Of a stretch of 64,000 nucleotides of DNA, positions 62,356 to 64,000 are shown in pieces. The notes below the pieces were generated by a model that ran no database searches, had not been told where the DNA came from, and saw only the letters and a program-made list of their open reading frames with translations. Made by a program: the position numbers and the translations under genes. The stretch is from positions 501 to 64,500 of IMG/VR virus record IMGVR_UViG_3300027545_000001; one strand, given 5' to 3'. Each line of letters opens with the position of its first letter. The stretch's first letter is position 1. The DNA is from a virus.

Positions 62356-63908
62356 AACTTATCATTTTGCTATTCTCATTCTTCTTGGCATGTGAAGGCC
62401 AAGTCATGCCAGTGATACTGTCGGGCGGGGTAGTCACGAGCGGCGGTGCAACCCCGACCTTTATCCAATCAACGGCAACCCCATCCGATACCCAGACGCA
62501 AAGCCCATTCTCAACAGGAACCGGGAGCATTACTACATGTTTCCCAAACTCCACGCAATCAGGGAATACCATAATCGTAAGACTTACATCATCATCCACT
62601 CTGGCCAACATATCCTCAGTAACAGATGACGGTTCGTCATCTAACACTTATACGCAACAGAAAACGGAAGTGGTAAGCAGCAGAACCCTAGCGATCTATA
62701 CTGCGCCAGTAACCAACGTTTCCAGATGCACCACCGTACTATATACGTCTGGGCCAGTAGCTACGGATAATGAGGTCAAGATCTATGAGTTTAGTAATAT
62801 AGCTACAAGTAGTCCTCTGGATGTGTCATGCAATGGAAGCGTAACCAGCGGAACAGCCCCGGCTTGCTCTTCTTCCATGACTCCCACCGTAGCGGGAGAC
62901 TTAATATTGACCTTCGTTGATATTAAGACTTTCACCTCTACGCCAACCGGGGCGATGACCTTCACAGCGCAAACTGGCACCACCCCCACATATCAACTCC
63001 TACCTGGAGACGCAGACGGCACTTCTTGGTCCGCCGGTGATTATGCTATTGACTCGGCTACTTCTGCCATTACCCCCTCCATAACTATATCTCAGTCCAC
63101 TACGCAGGCCCAAGTCGTGGCCATTGCCTTAAAAGCCGCATCTAGTGGGTCTGGATTCAGTGGCATACACGTCAATAATGTGGCAAAGTTTGCACCTCAG
63201 TTCGCCTACTCAACAGCGATAACGGGTACGGCACAGGTAATTCAATTCCCATGTGTAGGTAATGATCTGTGGGTAATCGTAGGAATAGGAGACAATACTA
63301 CCGTTTCTAGCATAAACACAGATAGCAATAGTAACACTTGGACCGGCCTCACGCGAGTAGACAGCACAGGCGATGGCTTCTCCATTCAGTGGTATCACTC
63401 AGATTCGGCAACTTGCAGTGGCACCGAGAAGTTTACAATCAACTTCGCCGCGGCTCCTTCATTCATGACGGTTGTGGCTGTGGACATCTCGAACGCCACG
63501 GGCTATGATTCTTCAGCAACATGCGCAGCCGGATCTACTCCATGTCCTATAAACGTTTCTAGCGGGGGGGATGCGAACAGCACTACTACTATTTCTGGGG
63601 CAAAGATTACCCCGAGTACGGCGGCCGGAGTGGTTCTTAGCTATCAGAATCAGGATTTCGACAGTATGTGTGCAGTTTCTCCTGGAAACTTTGTTGCAGA
63701 TTTAGAGGGCGGTCCTAGCGGGGGAGCGTGTGCGTCTGGATCAGCCTCCATATATAATTATGAAGGTTCAGGATTCGAGCAAGACATGGGGCTTCTTGTG
63801 AAATATTATTCCAGCACTGCTCAAATTTCTATAACATGGTCCATTGCCAATACTCAATCCAGAGCGATTGGCCCTGAATTTAGCTCTACCGTGGCGGTGA
63901 AGCAGTGA
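62352..63908 (+). CDS. Ser/Thr-rich beta protein with signal-peptide-like leader
   Basis: Likely TTG start at 62352 (TTGA overlap): MKLIILLFSFFLACEG-Q; tandem GN.I.V-type beta domains. Confidence 0.65.
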   Translation: MKLIILLFSFFLACEGQVMPVILSGGVVTSGGATPTFIQSTATPSDTQTQSPFSTGTGSITTCFPNSTQSGNTIIVRLTSSSTLANISSVTDDGSSSNTYTQQKTEVVSSRTLAIYTAPVTNVSRCTTVLYTSGPVATDNEVKIYEFSNIATSSPLDVSCNGSVTSGTAPACSSSMTPTVAGDLILTFVDIKTFTSTPTGAMTFTAQTGTTPTYQLLPGDADGTSWSAGDYAIDSATSAITPSITISQSTTQAQVVAIALKAASSGSGFSGIHVNNVAKFAPQFAYSTAITGTAQVIQFPCVGNDLWVIVGIGDNTTVSSINTDSNSNTWTGLTRVDSTGDGFSIQWYHSDSATCSGTEKFTINFAAAPSFMTVVAVDISNATGYDSSATCAAGSTPCPINVSSGGDANSTTTISGAKITPSTAAGVVLSYQNQDFDSMCAVSPGNFVADLEGGPSGGACASGSASIYNYEGSGFEQDMGLLVKYYSSTAQISITWSIANTQSRAIGPEFSSTVAVKQ

Positions 63909-64000
63909 GACTATTATTAGCATTTTTATCATTAGTATCACTAGCTCATTCCGCTACATATACGGCGGCCACCTGCGGAAGTGCGGATGTACAGTCTGCC
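63905..64000 (+). CDS. Signal-peptide-bearing protein, 3'-truncated
   Basis: GTGA overlap; MRLLLAFLSLVSLAHS-ATYTAATCGSADVQSA, open to the window end. Confidence 0.6.
   Translation, partial: MRLLLAFLSLVSLAHSATYTAATCGSADVQSA

Noticed and set aside
25-63398. Numerous antisense and alternate-frame ORFs in the track (e.g. 17946..18365, 28407..28811, 61230..61844)
   Set aside because: They are shadows of long, motif-supported genes on the other strand or frame, with no RBS or motif support.

Overview
Most of a dsDNA tailed-phage genome with podovirus-like organisation; both window ends fall inside fibre-like genes. Modules in order: (i) fibre/tailspike-like genes, nearly all with N-terminal signal-peptide-like leaders (58.8-64 kb, 0-10.6 kb); (ii) a hairpin-rich, largely non-coding control region (11.6-12.6 kb); (iii) small early-type genes ending in a ParB-like gene (12.3-18.7 kb, +); (iv) a replication/recombination block (18.7-31.0 kb, -) with DinG-like helicase, putative SSB, PD-(D/E)XK nuclease, AAA ATPase, ERCC4 nuclease, a family A DNA polymerase split into UDG+3'-5' exonuclease and polymerase genes, and a glycosyltransferase-sulfotransferase fusion; (v) a divergent pair of HTH regulators (31.0-31.6 kb); (vi) a PEP-CTERM gene followed by four glycosyltransferases and a methyltransferase (32.3-37.0 kb, +); (vii) head/tail genes (37.3-58.8 kb, -) with split terminase large subunit, portal, scaffold, major capsid, adaptors, tail hub, holin-like and ejection proteins. 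No integrase, tRNA, rRNA, CRISPR array or intact endolysin was recognised. The strongest unexplained signals are 24 dispersed copies of the palindrome (AAG)TGTAAT[G/C]ATTACA(CTT), mostly at gene junctions, and the combination of apparently Sec-exported virion-type proteins with a PEP-CTERM/glycosylation operon. All protein calls come from motifs read by eye, not from database searches.
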